DNA of 62,923 nucleotides, the filler included, from Deltaproteobacteria bacterium (GTDB lineage: Bacteria; JAEEML01), in the NCBI GenBank assembly GCA_016283195.1. It is 3 parts of 3 records of this genome, joined end to end, with 100 filler letters (N's around TTAATTAATTAA, not from the genome) between each part and the next. Parts side by side here need not be neighbours in the genome. Positions count along the whole stretch, not along the records: positions 1 to 17,005 come from JAEEML010000117.1; 2 more parts are not named here. One strand, written 5' to 3'. The number at the start of each line of letters is the position of its first letter. The first letter of the stretch is position 1. The notes below the pieces were generated by a model, which saw nothing but the letters and a program-made list of their open reading frames with translations, searched no databases and was not told the DNA's origin. The translations under genes were made by a program, and so were the position numbers. This document shows positions 1-9,854 of this stretch, piece after piece.

Positions 1-1
1 A

Positions 2-367
2 AATATAGCTAATTATTTGCAAAAAGCAGCTGTTGAAATTACCTGCACTGATTTTGCCGGCGCCTCTCAAAGCGTTAAAGAAAATGATTTTGTGTACTTT
101 GACAGCCCCTATGTTCCCGAAAGCGCCACTGCCGATTTTACAGCTTATGCCAAAGATGGTTTTAAAACGGGAGACCATGAACGGCTTGCCGCCTTATTTA
201 AAGAGCTCGATCAAAAAGGGGCCAAGCTAATGCTCTCCAATAATGATGTAGAAATGGTGCGCGACCTTTATAGCGGTTATAAATTCAGCCATTTAAGCGT
301 TAAAAGACTCATCAACCGCGAGGCAGCAAAACGTCGGGGAAAAGAAGTTATTATTACTAATTATTGA
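2..367 (+). CDS. dpnM: Dam/DpnM-type (D12 class) N6-adenine DNA methyltransferase, C-terminal part (5'-truncated by window edge)
   Basis: Frame is open from position 2. DFVYFDSPY (motif IV), FTAY..GF, KLMLSN and terminal KRLIN..RG..EVIITNY are typical of Dam/DpnM. It lies directly upstream of dpnA/dpnB-like genes. Confidence 0.9.
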   Translation, partial: NIANYLQKAAVEITCTDFAGASQSVKENDFVYFDSPYVPESATADFTAYAKDGFKTGDHERLAALFKELDQKGAKLMLSNNDVEMVRDLYSGYKFSHLSVKRLINREAAKRRGKEVIITNY

Positions 368-378
368 GAGATATTATC

Positions 379-1152
379 ATGTATAAGGTGTTTTATAAGG
401 ATAAATATTCAGAATTAATATTAGGGAATTGTTTTGAAATATTACCTCTGCTTCAACCTAACCAATTCGATATGATTTTTGCTGACCCTCCATATTTTCT
501 GTCAAACAATGGTATAACTTGCAGTGGTGGCAAAGCTGTATCAGTCAATAAAGGAAATTGGGATAAGATTGGCTCGTTAAAGGAAAAGCATGAATTTAAT
601 CGTAAGTGGATAAAGCTGTGTCATAATTTATTAAAACCTACTGCAACTATTTGGATTAGCGGTACATTTCATAACATCTATTCAATTGGAATGGCTCTTG
701 AAGAAGAAAATTATAAAATTTTGAACAATATCACTTGGGTAAAATCAAATCCTCCACCAAATTTAGCTTGTAAATGTTTTACACACAGTACTGAAACCAT
801 ATTGTGGGCGAGCACAAATGATAAAAAAACTCGCTATCTATTTAATTATGATACCATGAAAAAATTAAATAATGGCAAGCAAATGCGTGATGTTTGGGAA
901 GGCAGTCTTACCCCACAATCTGAGAAGAAATATGGTAAACATCCAACACAAAAACCTGAATATATTTTGGAGCGAATTATTAATGCTTCTACTAATGAAG
1001 GCGATATCGTACTTGATCCTTTCTGTGGCTCATCAACAACTGGCGTTGTCTGCAAAAAATTAAAACGAATCTATATCGGTATAGATAACAATACTGATTA
1101 TCTCACTTTATCAAAAGAGCGGCTTCAAAACACACAGTGGGGTATTACATGA
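379..1152 (+). CDS. dpnA: DpnA-type N6/N4 DNA methyltransferase (beta class)
   Basis: DMIFADPPYFLSNNGITC, SVNKGNWD, HPTQKP and VLDPFCGSSTTG motifs. Start set at the ATG at 379 (ORF track uses 364). Confidence 0.93.
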   Translation: MYKVFYKDKYSELILGNCFEILPLLQPNQFDMIFADPPYFLSNNGITCSGGKAVSVNKGNWDKIGSLKEKHEFNRKWIKLCHNLLKPTATIWISGTFHNIYSIGMALEEENYKILNNITWVKSNPPPNLACKCFTHSTETILWASTNDKKTRYLFNYDTMKKLNNGKQMRDVWEGSLTPQSEKKYGKHPTQKPEYILERIINASTNEGDIVLDPFCGSSTTGVVCKKLKRIYIGIDNNTDYLTLSKERLQNTQWGIT

Positions 1153-2012
1153 GTGGCAGAGTATTTTCTGATTGGTTGAGTACATTTCGCCAATCAATTA
1201 ATGGTTACGAATATTATACTGATTTTAAAAAAGTATATCAAAACGCTAAAAAGCTAAAAATTGAAATTAATATACTTAATTCTCTTATAGGCTCTAATAA
1301 GATTGAACAGGACTTCACAACTCTGCTTGAAAAGTACCCTGAATGCTTAAAGGTTATACCTATACTACTTGCAGTTCGTGGGTATGAAATATACTGCCAA
1401 GATGAGGTAGGTGCTCTTAGTTACAACTTTGCTTGCCCAAAGCAAACAATAGCTCAATATACCTACTTTATGCGTAAAACCGGTTTGTTTGATTTATTTG
1501 AGCACCATATTATAGCTAATTTATACGATTACATTACAGGTATAGAAGTTGGTCTTGACTCAAATGGACGAAAGAATCGTGGCGGTCATCAAATGGAAAA
1601 ACTTGTTGAATTATACCTGCTGCGATTAAATGTCAAATATTTCAAGGAAATGTATTTGTCGGAAATAGAAACAAGATGGAAAATTGATTTATCGAAAATA
1701 TCTGCTGGCGGTACATCAACTAAAAGACTAGACTTTGTAGTTTATACACCAAATTGCATTTTTCTAATTGAGACTAATTTTTATGCCAGCTCAGGCTCAA
1801 AACTTAATGAAACTGCCAGAAGCTATAAATTGATTGCGGAAGAGGCAAAGCACATTAACGGTATAAAATTCGTCTGGATTACTGATGGAGCCGGCTGGCT
1901 TAGCGCCAAAGGAAATTTAAAGGAAACATTTGATGTTTTAGATGATTTATATAATATTGCAGATCTTGCAAATGGTGCGTTGAATAAACTATTTTTTCCG
2001 CCTGCAAAGTAG
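1149..2012 (+). CDS. dpnB: DpnII/MboI-family type II restriction endonuclease (predicted GATC)
   Basis: GIEVGLDSNGRKNRGGHQME, KRLDFVV, IETNFYASSGSKLNETARSY and FVWITDGAGW signatures. ATGA overlap with the dpnA stop. Confidence 0.93.
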   Translation: MSGRVFSDWLSTFRQSINGYEYYTDFKKVYQNAKKLKIEINILNSLIGSNKIEQDFTTLLEKYPECLKVIPILLAVRGYEIYCQDEVGALSYNFACPKQTIAQYTYFMRKTGLFDLFEHHIIANLYDYITGIEVGLDSNGRKNRGGHQMEKLVELYLLRLNVKYFKEMYLSEIETRWKIDLSKISAGGTSTKRLDFVVYTPNCIFLIETNFYASSGSKLNETARSYKLIAEEAKHINGIKFVWITDGAGWLSAKGNLKETFDVLDDLYNIADLANGALNKLFFPPAK

Positions 2013-2111
2013 TAGCCACTATTTTTGCCGATTCAACCGCTTTTGAAACATAAATCCAACATCTTTATTACATTTATAGTTTGCTGATGAAAAGATTGGC
2101 ACTATTTAAAG

Positions 2112-2400
2112 TTAATTGACCACCGAGCCCAGGCCGGGGCGGCCAGCCCCGGCTAAACCAGAGTTTAGTGATATTTCAGAATCACATATAAATTCATATA
2201 GATGAGCCCTCTCTATTTGTAAAAATGGAGAGGGCGCGCTGCTAAATTTCCACTGCTCGTGGGGTGAGGGCGATGGAAAATTGAGAGGGGCAAGAATCAA
2301 TAATTTCCACTGCTCGTGGGGTGAGGGCGATGGAAAATTGACAGAGGCAAGATGCCAATAAAATCCAATAGTTGTCTGGGTGAGGGCTGCTGGTAAATAG
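2112..2400. repeat. Composite REP/MITE-like palindromic element with a ~57-bp tandem unit (copy A)
   Basis: Hairpin GCCGGGGC-ggcca-GCCCCGGC (2133-2153); palindrome CCCTCTCT-atttgtaaaaat-GGAGAGGG (2207-2234); 40-bp exact direct repeat at 2245-2284 and 2302-2341; degenerate third unit ~2360-2400. Homologous to ~31113-31266. Confidence 0.75.
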
Positions 2401-2501
2401 ATGTCCTGCTCAATAAACTCTACGGTCTGACCGAGACATATAAAAAATATCTAAGCTCTTTGCCACTCGGCGCAAATGAGAGCAATGCGCCCTACCCTCT
2501 T

Positions 2502-4904
2502 TCACTCCCCGGCTTTGAGCGCTTCAACCATATCAATCTTTTTATTTTTGCCGGCCACCAGCCAGCCAACAAAAAGCGAAACGCCAAAAGTCAGGAGAAT
2601 CGAGACAGTATAAGTCATCCAGCCAAGCATTAATTTGAGCTCATATTCTCCGGCCAGAGCATTTAAAAGCCAGTTTAGCACCCAAACCCCGGCCGGTAGG
2701 CCGATAATTACCCCGATAACAGTGAGCCAAATATTTTGCATAATTAAAAGGCTGCCGATTTTCTGGCTGCGAAAACCCAGCACTTTTAAGGTGGCCAGTT
2801 CCCGGCTGCGCTCGATGTAGCTCATAATGCCGAGGTTATAGAGCACCACAATACCCAAAATCACGGCCGCAATAACCAAAATGAGCACCATGCCGTCAAT
2901 AATGCTGACAAAGCTCAAAAAGCTGTCCATCAGTTGGCGCTTATCCTGCTTACCGGATATTAGCTCATTTTGCGGAATTTCCGCCGTGCTTTTCATGGTG
3001 TAAATACTGGAAATATTGTATTTAATGCCGAGACTTTCAGCGAGCTTGGCACTCATGGTGAGGCTTTCGGTCATCACCGAGCGGTTGTAACCCACTATTT
3101 TAACGCGGTAGGTTTCATCGCCGCCATAAGGCGAAAATTCTATGTAATCACCAATACTTGCTTTGTCTTTAAGACGCAGGCAAATGTAGGCTCCGTCATC
3201 ACTTAAAGCAATAGGCTTATTATCTTCATCAACAATGCTTATTCTGTTTTTTTCATTGCTTAAAATATCCAGCACCGCCGTATAACCGCCGATGCTAATC
3301 CCCGAAAGGCTCTCATAATCGCCATCCAAAGCGGCTATTAAATCTTTGGCCTGCTCATAGCCGGTGTTTGGTACCAAATTAACTTTGGTTACATAGTGCG
3401 AAATATCGTTGTCCAGCAAATCGAGAAAACCGGCCATGGTGTCGCGCATACCGAGGCCCCCCACCAAAAGCACCATACAACCGACAATGCCGATGAGAGT
3501 CATGGAGAAACGGCTTTTATGGCGCAAAAGATCGCGCACATTCCACTTGGTGGCAAAATTGAGTTTTTCAAAAAATGGGAGGCCCTCAAGCATGGTCTTG
3601 TGCATTTTGGGAATATAGGGCCGCAGAGCATCGGCCGCATTGCCGCGCAGCTGAAATTTCACCGAAAGAAAACTGATCAAAGCCATTAAAAAGATAGCTA
3701 TGCCAATCAGCGGATAACAAAAAGTCGGCACGGCACTTGTCCAGTCCGGCATATCAAAATAGGTGCCCATCATGCCGTTTTCACTCATCACCGCCTTGCA
3801 AACAAAGAGGCCGAGCACCGCCCCAAAGGCAGCACCCAGGAGGCCGATAAAGAGTCCGTAGAATGAATAATGCAATAAAATCGTGCTGTTTTTAAAACCA
3901 AGCGCCTTTAGAATACCGATTTGCGTTTTTTCTTTGGTGGCAATGCGGTGCATGGTGGTAACCATAGTCAAAAGCGCTATGATCAAAAAGAGCACCGGCA
4001 AGACAGAGCCCATGGTCTTGCCCTCTTTGGCTTCGCCCATGGCCTCTTTATAGACAACATGCTCATCTTTGGCGACAACCATTATGGTGCGCCCCAGTTT
4101 TTCTTTTACCGCATCCTCCAAACTCGCCTTAGGCAAAGAAGAGCGCAAATTTATCGCCGCAAACACTTTGTTAAGTGCCTGCTCTATTTCTTGGTCGCCA
4201 ACCATTTCCCCGGCCTTTTGCCGCGCCACTTCCTCCGGCACACCGGCCTTAACAAGCTCGGCCTCGGCGGTTTTTAAGAGCTTTTCCCGCAAAACGGCTC
4301 TTAACTTGGCCGGCGATATATAAGCATAGCCATAGATATTATAATCAGGCATCAGCTGGTTGCTATCCGCCAGGCAAATCATGTGCTCGGCGGCTTTTAT
4401 GAGGCCAACCACCCTGCCGCTTATCTCGCTGTCTTGAAAAGCAAGGGTGAGCGAGTCGCCTTCAAGAATATTATTAGCGGCGGCAAATTTATCGGAAAGC
4501 CAAATACCATCGCCGTTTTCGTCGTATTTTTCTCCGCTCATCAAAGTAAAAGTCGATACTGTATAATTTTCGGACACATCGAGCGAGAGGGATTTTTTAC
4601 CTTTATCCTGAAATTTTCCCTCGTTTTTAATATCGAGATTAACAGCCAAAAAGCGGCTGGCTTTATCAACGCCTTTAATAGAGGCAATGGCGGCAAAGTC
4701 CTCCTTACTAAAACCGCTTTCGGAATAAAGGCGGTAATCGGCATAGTTATTGTCGGCAAAAAAGTTCCCGGTATCGTATTCAATGGTACGCCACTCCATA
4801 TTAAAACCGAGGAATACACCGATACCCAGCGTACTCATTATAATCATTGAAATAAACTGCGCTTTATAGCTCCAGGCAGTGCGGAGCACTTTTCGGATAA
4901 GCAT
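2502..4904 (-). CDS. ABC exporter permease, MacB/FtsX family with two FtsX domains
   Basis: Two FtsX-like TM blocks (EKTQIGILKALGF, ERSRELATLKVLGF), C-terminal IDMVEALK, TGATG coupling to the ATPase stop. Confidence 0.92.
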   Translation of the reverse strand: MLIRKVLRTAWSYKAQFISMIIMSTLGIGVFLGFNMEWRTIEYDTGNFFADNNYADYRLYSESGFSKEDFAAIASIKGVDKASRFLAVNLDIKNEGKFQDKGKKSLSLDVSENYTVSTFTLMSGEKYDENGDGIWLSDKFAAANNILEGDSLTLAFQDSEISGRVVGLIKAAEHMICLADSNQLMPDYNIYGYAYISPAKLRAVLREKLLKTAEAELVKAGVPEEVARQKAGEMVGDQEIEQALNKVFAAINLRSSLPKASLEDAVKEKLGRTIMVVAKDEHVVYKEAMGEAKEGKTMGSVLPVLFLIIALLTMVTTMHRIATKEKTQIGILKALGFKNSTILLHYSFYGLFIGLLGAAFGAVLGLFVCKAVMSENGMMGTYFDMPDWTSAVPTFCYPLIGIAIFLMALISFLSVKFQLRGNAADALRPYIPKMHKTMLEGLPFFEKLNFATKWNVRDLLRHKSRFSMTLIGIVGCMVLLVGGLGMRDTMAGFLDLLDNDISHYVTKVNLVPNTGYEQAKDLIAALDGDYESLSGISIGGYTAVLDILSNEKNRISIVDEDNKPIALSDDGAYICLRLKDKASIGDYIEFSPYGGDETYRVKIVGYNRSVMTESLTMSAKLAESLGIKYNISSIYTMKSTAEIPQNELISGKQDKRQLMDSFLSFVSIIDGMVLILVIAAVILGIVVLYNLGIMSYIERSRELATLKVLGFRSQKIGSLLIMQNIWLTVIGVIIGLPAGVWVLNWLLNALAGEYELKLMLGWMTYTVSILLTFGVSLFVGWLVAGKNKKIDMVEALKAGE

Positions 4905-5605
4905 CACCACTCCACCTCATCGGCCGCCAGCGGATTTTCTTGCTCTTCGATAGCGCGAATTTGTCCGTTTTTAACTCTGATTACCACATCGGCCATTTTG
5001 GCAATATTTTGATTATGTGTAACAATTACAATGGTTTTTCCATAGTTTCGCGCCATTTCCAGCAGCAATTTTAACACCATTACGCCGGTAGCGGAGTCCA
5101 GAGCTCCAGTGGGCTCATCACAGAGGAGAATCTGCGGATTTTTGCAAAGGGCCCGGGCAATGGAAATGCGCTGTTGCTCGCCGCCGGAGAGCTCAGCCGG
5201 GAAGTTATTGAGGTGATCCAAAAGGCCAACACGCTCAATCATCTCTTTGGCATCCAGCGCTTTGGGGGATATTTCGGCTACCAGTTTTACATTTTCATAA
5301 ACTGTCAGGGTGGGAATGAGATTATAAAATTGAAAAACAAAGCCCACTTGGGAAGCGCGGTAATCGGCGAGTTCGTCATCATTTAGCTTGGATATATCCG
5401 TTCCGGCCACAGTAATTTTGCCAATTGTGGGGCTGTCAAGGCCGCCCAAAAGGTTGAGCAGTGTACTCTTCCCAGCGCCGGAAGGGCCTAGAATTACAAC
5501 AAATTTGCCCTCATCAAGAGTAAAACTAACGCGGTCGAGCGCTCTTAGTTCGTGGTCGCCGCTGGTATATACGCGCGACACACTTTCAAATTTCACAATA
5601 GCCAT
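4904..5605 (-). CDS. ABC transporter ATP-binding protein (LolD/MacB-like)
   Basis: Walker A GPSGAGKS, LSGGEQQR signature, LLCDEPTGALD, H-loop VTH. Confidence 0.96.
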   Translation of the reverse strand: MAIVKFESVSRVYTSGDHELRALDRVSFTLDEGKFVVILGPSGAGKSTLLNLLGGLDSPTIGKITVAGTDISKLNDDELADYRASQVGFVFQFYNLIPTLTVYENVKLVAEISPKALDAKEMIERVGLLDHLNNFPAELSGGEQQRISIARALCKNPQILLCDEPTGALDSATGVMVLKLLLEMARNYGKTIVIVTHNQNIAKMADVVIRVKNGQIRAIEEQENPLAADEVEW

Positions 5606-5842
5606 ATTTTATCTCCTGTAATTCAGCTCTTTTATAAAAAAGCTGTTTAATATTATGGTGCTTTTCTCTACCAGAGAGATAAGCATAAATTTATTAGCTA
5701 AATCTAGTTTGATTGTCAAATCTTTTCATAAACTGCGCTTTTTTTCCGCCCCAAGCGGCCGGCAAAAAATTTTCCGCACTTTTTTTGCCTAATGAGATCT
5801 TTGGTGCCACTATGGCTTGGTATTTGGCGCTGGGAGGCCTAT

Positions 5843-6517
5843 ATGCGTGATTATCGAAAAATAAGAAGAAGAGTTGATATTTCACTGGATAAACAGCAGG
5901 TTGTGGCTATTTTTTCCGGCCTTTTCGTGAGCGCGGTGCTCATTTTTTGTTTAGGGCTCTTGGTCGGCCGCCAAAGTAGCGCCCCTGAAGAAGCTCGCTT
6001 ACAAAATCCGCCGGCAGAAGAGCTAATTTCCGAACAGGCTATGGAAACTGAAGATTTTGCTGAGGCACCGGTAGCTAAAGAAGCGAAAGAATCCCCTTTA
6101 ATGGTTGGACTTTCTCAGCAAGAAGATAATTCGGCCAAAGATAAAAAGCCGCTTGACCCCAGAAAAAGCAAAACAAAACCCGAAGAAGGCAAAAGAGGCA
6201 AACGCAGCAGCGATAAGCCAAGAGCAGTAAGCAGCAAAGAGCCGGAAGAACAAAGCAACACGGTGAGCAGCCTTAACGGCAAGCGTTATACTGTGCAACT
6301 TAAGGCTTTCAAAGATATGGAAGAGGCGAAAAGATTAAGCCAAGACATGAAAGATAAAGGTGTGGAGTGCTTTATAGAGAAAGCGGCCAAAGGCAATAAT
6401 GAGCTCTGGTACCGCGTGCGCACCGGCAATTTTGGCTCGGAATTGGAAGCCAGACTCTATGTAACAAAACTTAGCAGCCTGGGTATCAGCAAAGCCTGGG
6501 TTGCAAAAATTGAATAA
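5843..6517 (+). CDS. Membrane-anchored SPOR-domain protein (FtsN/DedD-like)
   Basis: N-terminal TM helix, charged linker, C-terminal YTVQLKAF...WYRVRTGNF SPOR motif. GGGAGG RBS precedes the ATG at 5843. Confidence 0.88.
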   Translation: MRDYRKIRRRVDISLDKQQVVAIFSGLFVSAVLIFCLGLLVGRQSSAPEEARLQNPPAEELISEQAMETEDFAEAPVAKEAKESPLMVGLSQQEDNSAKDKKPLDPRKSKTKPEEGKRGKRSSDKPRAVSSKEPEEQSNTVSSLNGKRYTVQLKAFKDMEEAKRLSQDMKDKGVECFIEKAAKGNNELWYRVRTGNFGSELEARLYVTKLSSLGISKAWVAKIE

Positions 6518-6550
6518 TTAAGCTACAATTCATCTCCGTTTTTTCAGGAG

Positions 6551-8707
6551 GTGGCATCCTTGATTCGCCGCATTGAAGAAATTATTGAAAATGTTGAAAA
6601 ATATATCACCGATCCGGAACAACTGGATTTAATCCGCAAGGCCTATGTCTATGCGGCCAAGAATCACGCCGGGCAGCTACGCAAAAGTGGTGAGCCCTAC
6701 CTAATCCACCCTATTGAGGTGGCTATGATTCTGGCCGATATGCAGATGGACGCCGCCACAGTGGCAACCGGCCTCCTCCACGACACAGTGGAAGACACGC
6801 TGGTCACCCTTGAGGATATCGAGTCCGGCTTTGGCAAAGATATTGCCAATATGGTGGATGGTGTTACTAAACTTTCGCAAATAAAATTTCACAGCGATGA
6901 GCACAAACAGGCCGAGAATTTCCGCAAAATGCTGGTGGCTATGGCCAAGGATATTCGCGTAATTATTGTGAAATTGGCCGACCGTCTGCACAATATGCGC
7001 ACTTTGCAATTCCATAAGCCGGAAAAGCAGGAACGCATTGCCCGCGAGACGATGGAAATTTATGCCCCCATCGCCAGTCGCCTGGGTATTTACTGGATGA
7101 AAAGCGCCTTTGAAGACCTGGCCTTTCAATATATTAAGCCCAAGGAATTCAAAGATTTACAAGAACACGTCAACCGCATGTTCGCCGAGCGCGAAACCAT
7201 CATCAAAGATATTACCGCCCAGCTCACCCAAATGCTCCAAGACGAGGGCATTGACGGCACCATCTCCGGGCGGCCCAAGCACCTCTGGAGCATCTATCAC
7301 AAGATGCAACTCCATGATATTCCTCTGGAAAATATCTACGACCTCTTGGCTTTTCGCATTATTGTCAACACCGTTGGCGATTGTTACCACGTCTTGGGCG
7401 CCGTGCACCGCATCTGGCACCCCATTCCCGGGCGCATAAAAGATTATATAGCTGTGCCAAAACCAAATGGTTACAGCAGCTTACACACCACACTCATGGG
7501 CCCTTCCGGCGAGCGCTTTGAGGTGCAAATTCGCACCAAAGAAATGCACGAAATCGCCGAAAAAGGTGTGGCCGCCCACTGGAAATACAAAGCCCAAGGC
7601 GATGTGCCTGGGCAAAAAGCCGCCGACCAGTTCACTTGGCTGCGCCACCTTTTGGAGTGGCGCTCGGTGGAAGATCCGCATGAATTTATGGATGCCGTAA
7701 AATGGGATCTCTTTGCCGATGAAGTTTTCGTTTTTACTCCCAAAGGCGATGTTTTTTCTCTCCGCCGCGGCTCTACCCCGGTTGATTTTGCCTTTTCTAT
7801 CCACACCGATTTGGGTTTCCATTGCAGCGGAGCCAAGATAAATGGCAAAATTGTGCCTCTCCGTTATGAGCTGTGCAACGGCGATGTTATTGAAATTCTT
7901 ACAAATCCTAACCAAACACCCTCCAAGGACTGGCTGGTATTTGTAAAGACTGCCAAAGCTAAAGCCAAGATCCGCTCCTACATCAAGGCCGCCGAACGCT
8001 CTCGCTCTCTGCAACTTGGCCGCGAAATTTTGGAAAAAGAAATTAAAAAGCATGGCGGCAGCTTGGCTAAAATGCTCAAAGACGGCCAGATTGCCACTGC
8101 TGCGAAAGATGAACATTTTCAAACAGTTGATGAGCTTTTCATCTCTGTTGGCTATGGCAAAACCACCGCGCAAAAAGTTCTAAGCCACCTCTTCAGCGAG
8201 GAGGAGCTGGAAAAGCCTGAAGAGCCGGAAAGCATTCTAAGCAAATTTGTCAAAAAAGCCACTCGCCACAGTTCCAGCGGCGTTAAAGTGCAAGGCATCG
8301 ACGATATGCTGGTGCGCTTCGGTAAGTGCTGTAATCCCCTGCCTGGCGACAATATCGTCGGTTTTGTCACCAGAGGTCGCGGTATCACCATCCACACTGC
8401 CACCTGCCAAAAAATTCTCGATATCGATCCAGCCCGCCGGGTGGAAGTAAATTGGGATGCGGCAGAAAAAGTAACCCGCCCGGTGACTCTCCGCGTTAAA
8501 ACCGGTGACAATACCGGTCTTTTGGCCAAAATTTCCCAAACCTTTACCAACCACGGTGTTAATATTTCCAGCGCCAATTGCAAAGTTACAGCTAATAATT
8601 ACGCCATCAACACTTTTGAAATTTCCATTCGCGACAGCGATCAACTGCGCTCTGTGGTTATGGATGTGGAACAAATTAAAGGCGTTATCAGCGTAGAACG
8701 GATTTAG
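6551..8707 (+). CDS. relA: Bifunctional (p)ppGpp synthetase/hydrolase, long RSH
   Basis: HD hydrolase (GEPY..HP, LHDTVED), synthetase (GRPKH, EVQIRT), TGS domain, CC zinc motif and ACT domain. Confidence 0.97.
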   Translation: MASLIRRIEEIIENVEKYITDPEQLDLIRKAYVYAAKNHAGQLRKSGEPYLIHPIEVAMILADMQMDAATVATGLLHDTVEDTLVTLEDIESGFGKDIANMVDGVTKLSQIKFHSDEHKQAENFRKMLVAMAKDIRVIIVKLADRLHNMRTLQFHKPEKQERIARETMEIYAPIASRLGIYWMKSAFEDLAFQYIKPKEFKDLQEHVNRMFAERETIIKDITAQLTQMLQDEGIDGTISGRPKHLWSIYHKMQLHDIPLENIYDLLAFRIIVNTVGDCYHVLGAVHRIWHPIPGRIKDYIAVPKPNGYSSLHTTLMGPSGERFEVQIRTKEMHEIAEKGVAAHWKYKAQGDVPGQKAADQFTWLRHLLEWRSVEDPHEFMDAVKWDLFADEVFVFTPKGDVFSLRRGSTPVDFAFSIHTDLGFHCSGAKINGKIVPLRYELCNGDVIEILTNPNQTPSKDWLVFVKTAKAKAKIRSYIKAAERSRSLQLGREILEKEIKKHGGSLAKMLKDGQIATAAKDEHFQTVDELFISVGYGKTTAQKVLSHLFSEEELEKPEEPESILSKFVKKATRHSSSGVKVQGIDDMLVRFGKCCNPLPGDNIVGFVTRGRGITIHTATCQKILDIDPARRVEVNWDAAEKVTRPVTLRVKTGDNTGLLAKISQTFTNHGVNISSANCKVTANNYAINTFEISIRDSDQLRSVVMDVEQIKGVISVERI

Positions 8708-8712
8708 TCCTC

Positions 8713-9081
8713 ATGAAATCTTCCTTTAAACATCTTGTTTTTATTGTGCTTTTTTCTCTTATAGCCCCGAGCATAGCCCAGGCCGAATCGCGTAAAGTTC
8801 TCACCTACCCGCTAGCCAGCATCTATGCCTCGGCCATTAGGCTCCTTAGAGTGGATTTAGATTTTGAGATTTTGGAAAAAGATAAAGAAGGCGGCTATAT
8901 CATCTTTAACTACCGCGACAACATGGGCAAAAAATACCGTGGCAGTTTGGAACTCATAAACAAAAACAGCGAAAAAGAAAACATCACCCACGCGGTTTGC
9001 AATATTCCCGAAGTGCCCTCTTATATGGAAAAAGATTTACTGGAAAAGCTTAACAGCAAAGTGACCGCCGACAATCGCTAG
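8713..9081 (+). CDS. Secreted hypothetical protein
   Basis: Signal peptide ending AQA; tightly spaced after rel. Confidence 0.8.
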   Translation: MKSSFKHLVFIVLFSLIAPSIAQAESRKVLTYPLASIYASAIRLLRVDLDFEILEKDKEGGYIIFNYRDNMGKKYRGSLELINKNSEKENITHAVCNIPEVPSYMEKDLLEKLNSKVTADNR

Positions 9082-9106
9082 AACTCTGTACCTTTGTGGA
9101 TTTACA

Positions 9107-9853
9107 ATGAAATTTATAATATTGCTTTTTGCTTTGAGTTTGCTTGGCGGTTGCCGCTCATACACCTCCCTCACTGCCGAAATGCGCACGCTTATCAATC
9201 AGGAACATAGCGGGCAGGAGCTGGCTTTAAAGCGCTCAATGTACTATGGCAAGTTTTATGATGACAGCCGCTATCTTTTGCTTTCCGAATGGCCTTTTGA
9301 AAATACTTCGCATCTTTCCGGAATGAAAGGCAATCCCATTACTCCCGGCGAGCAAGTGGGCATTATCCCCATCGGCACCAAGGTGCGTATTGTGCGCCTG
9401 GAATTTCCCGATGAGGAAAATTTTAAACGCCGGATGCTCTTTACTCCGCGCTATCATCCCTGGGCCATTTTGGAGCTTTTAACCGAAGACCCGTTTTTTC
9501 CCACCGCTGGCAAAAAGCTGGTAATAGTGCTCCCAATGGAGATAAAATCAAAAGAACAGGTAGATGAAGCACTTAGCTATCATTTGGGAAATTTTGAAGA
9601 AATAAGAGCTTACCTGGTTGCGCTCGACCCGGAAATAAAAGTAGCACTCACCCACAAGGAAGCAGTAAAAGGCATGAGCTACCAAGAGGTTTTAACCACT
9701 CTCGGCAAGCCGCTGGCCGTGGACGATCTCGTTAAAGAGGGCATCACCACGCGCACCATGACTTACGGCCACCAAATTATTACTTTAGTTGACGGCCTCG
9801 TTACAGATATCGTTCCCAACAAAGAGCCAAGAATGCACAACGCCACTTTGTAA
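9107..9853 (+). CDS. Hypothetical lipoprotein with a C-terminal BamE/SmpA-like motif
   Basis: Lipobox LGGC; C-terminal GMSYQEVLTTLGKP. Confidence 0.75.
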   Translation: MKFIILLFALSLLGGCRSYTSLTAEMRTLINQEHSGQELALKRSMYYGKFYDDSRYLLLSEWPFENTSHLSGMKGNPITPGEQVGIIPIGTKVRIVRLEFPDEENFKRRMLFTPRYHPWAILELLTEDPFFPTAGKKLVIVLPMEIKSKEQVDEALSYHLGNFEEIRAYLVALDPEIKVALTHKEAVKGMSYQEVLTTLGKPLAVDDLVKEGITTRTMTYGHQIITLVDGLVTDIVPNKEPRMHNATL

Positions 9854-9854
9854 A

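Noticed and set aside
2112-2160. IS200/IS605 omegaRNA/HEARO 5' end (GTCAA + GC hairpin)
   Set aside because: The order and orientation of motifs do not match, and no iscB, tnpB or tnpA ORF is adjacent.
2245-2400. Possible mini-CRISPR (40-bp repeat x2-3)
   Set aside because: The intervening segments are only 17-18 nt and resemble each other (gaggggcaagaatcaat vs cagaggcaagatgccaat), and no cas genes are present. It is a tandem duplication within a REP-like element.
5624-5645. Near-palindrome CAGCTCTTTT-AT-AAAAAAGCTG upstream of the ABC ATPase
   Set aside because: Single AT-rich occurrence with no cognate regulator nearby; too weak to call.
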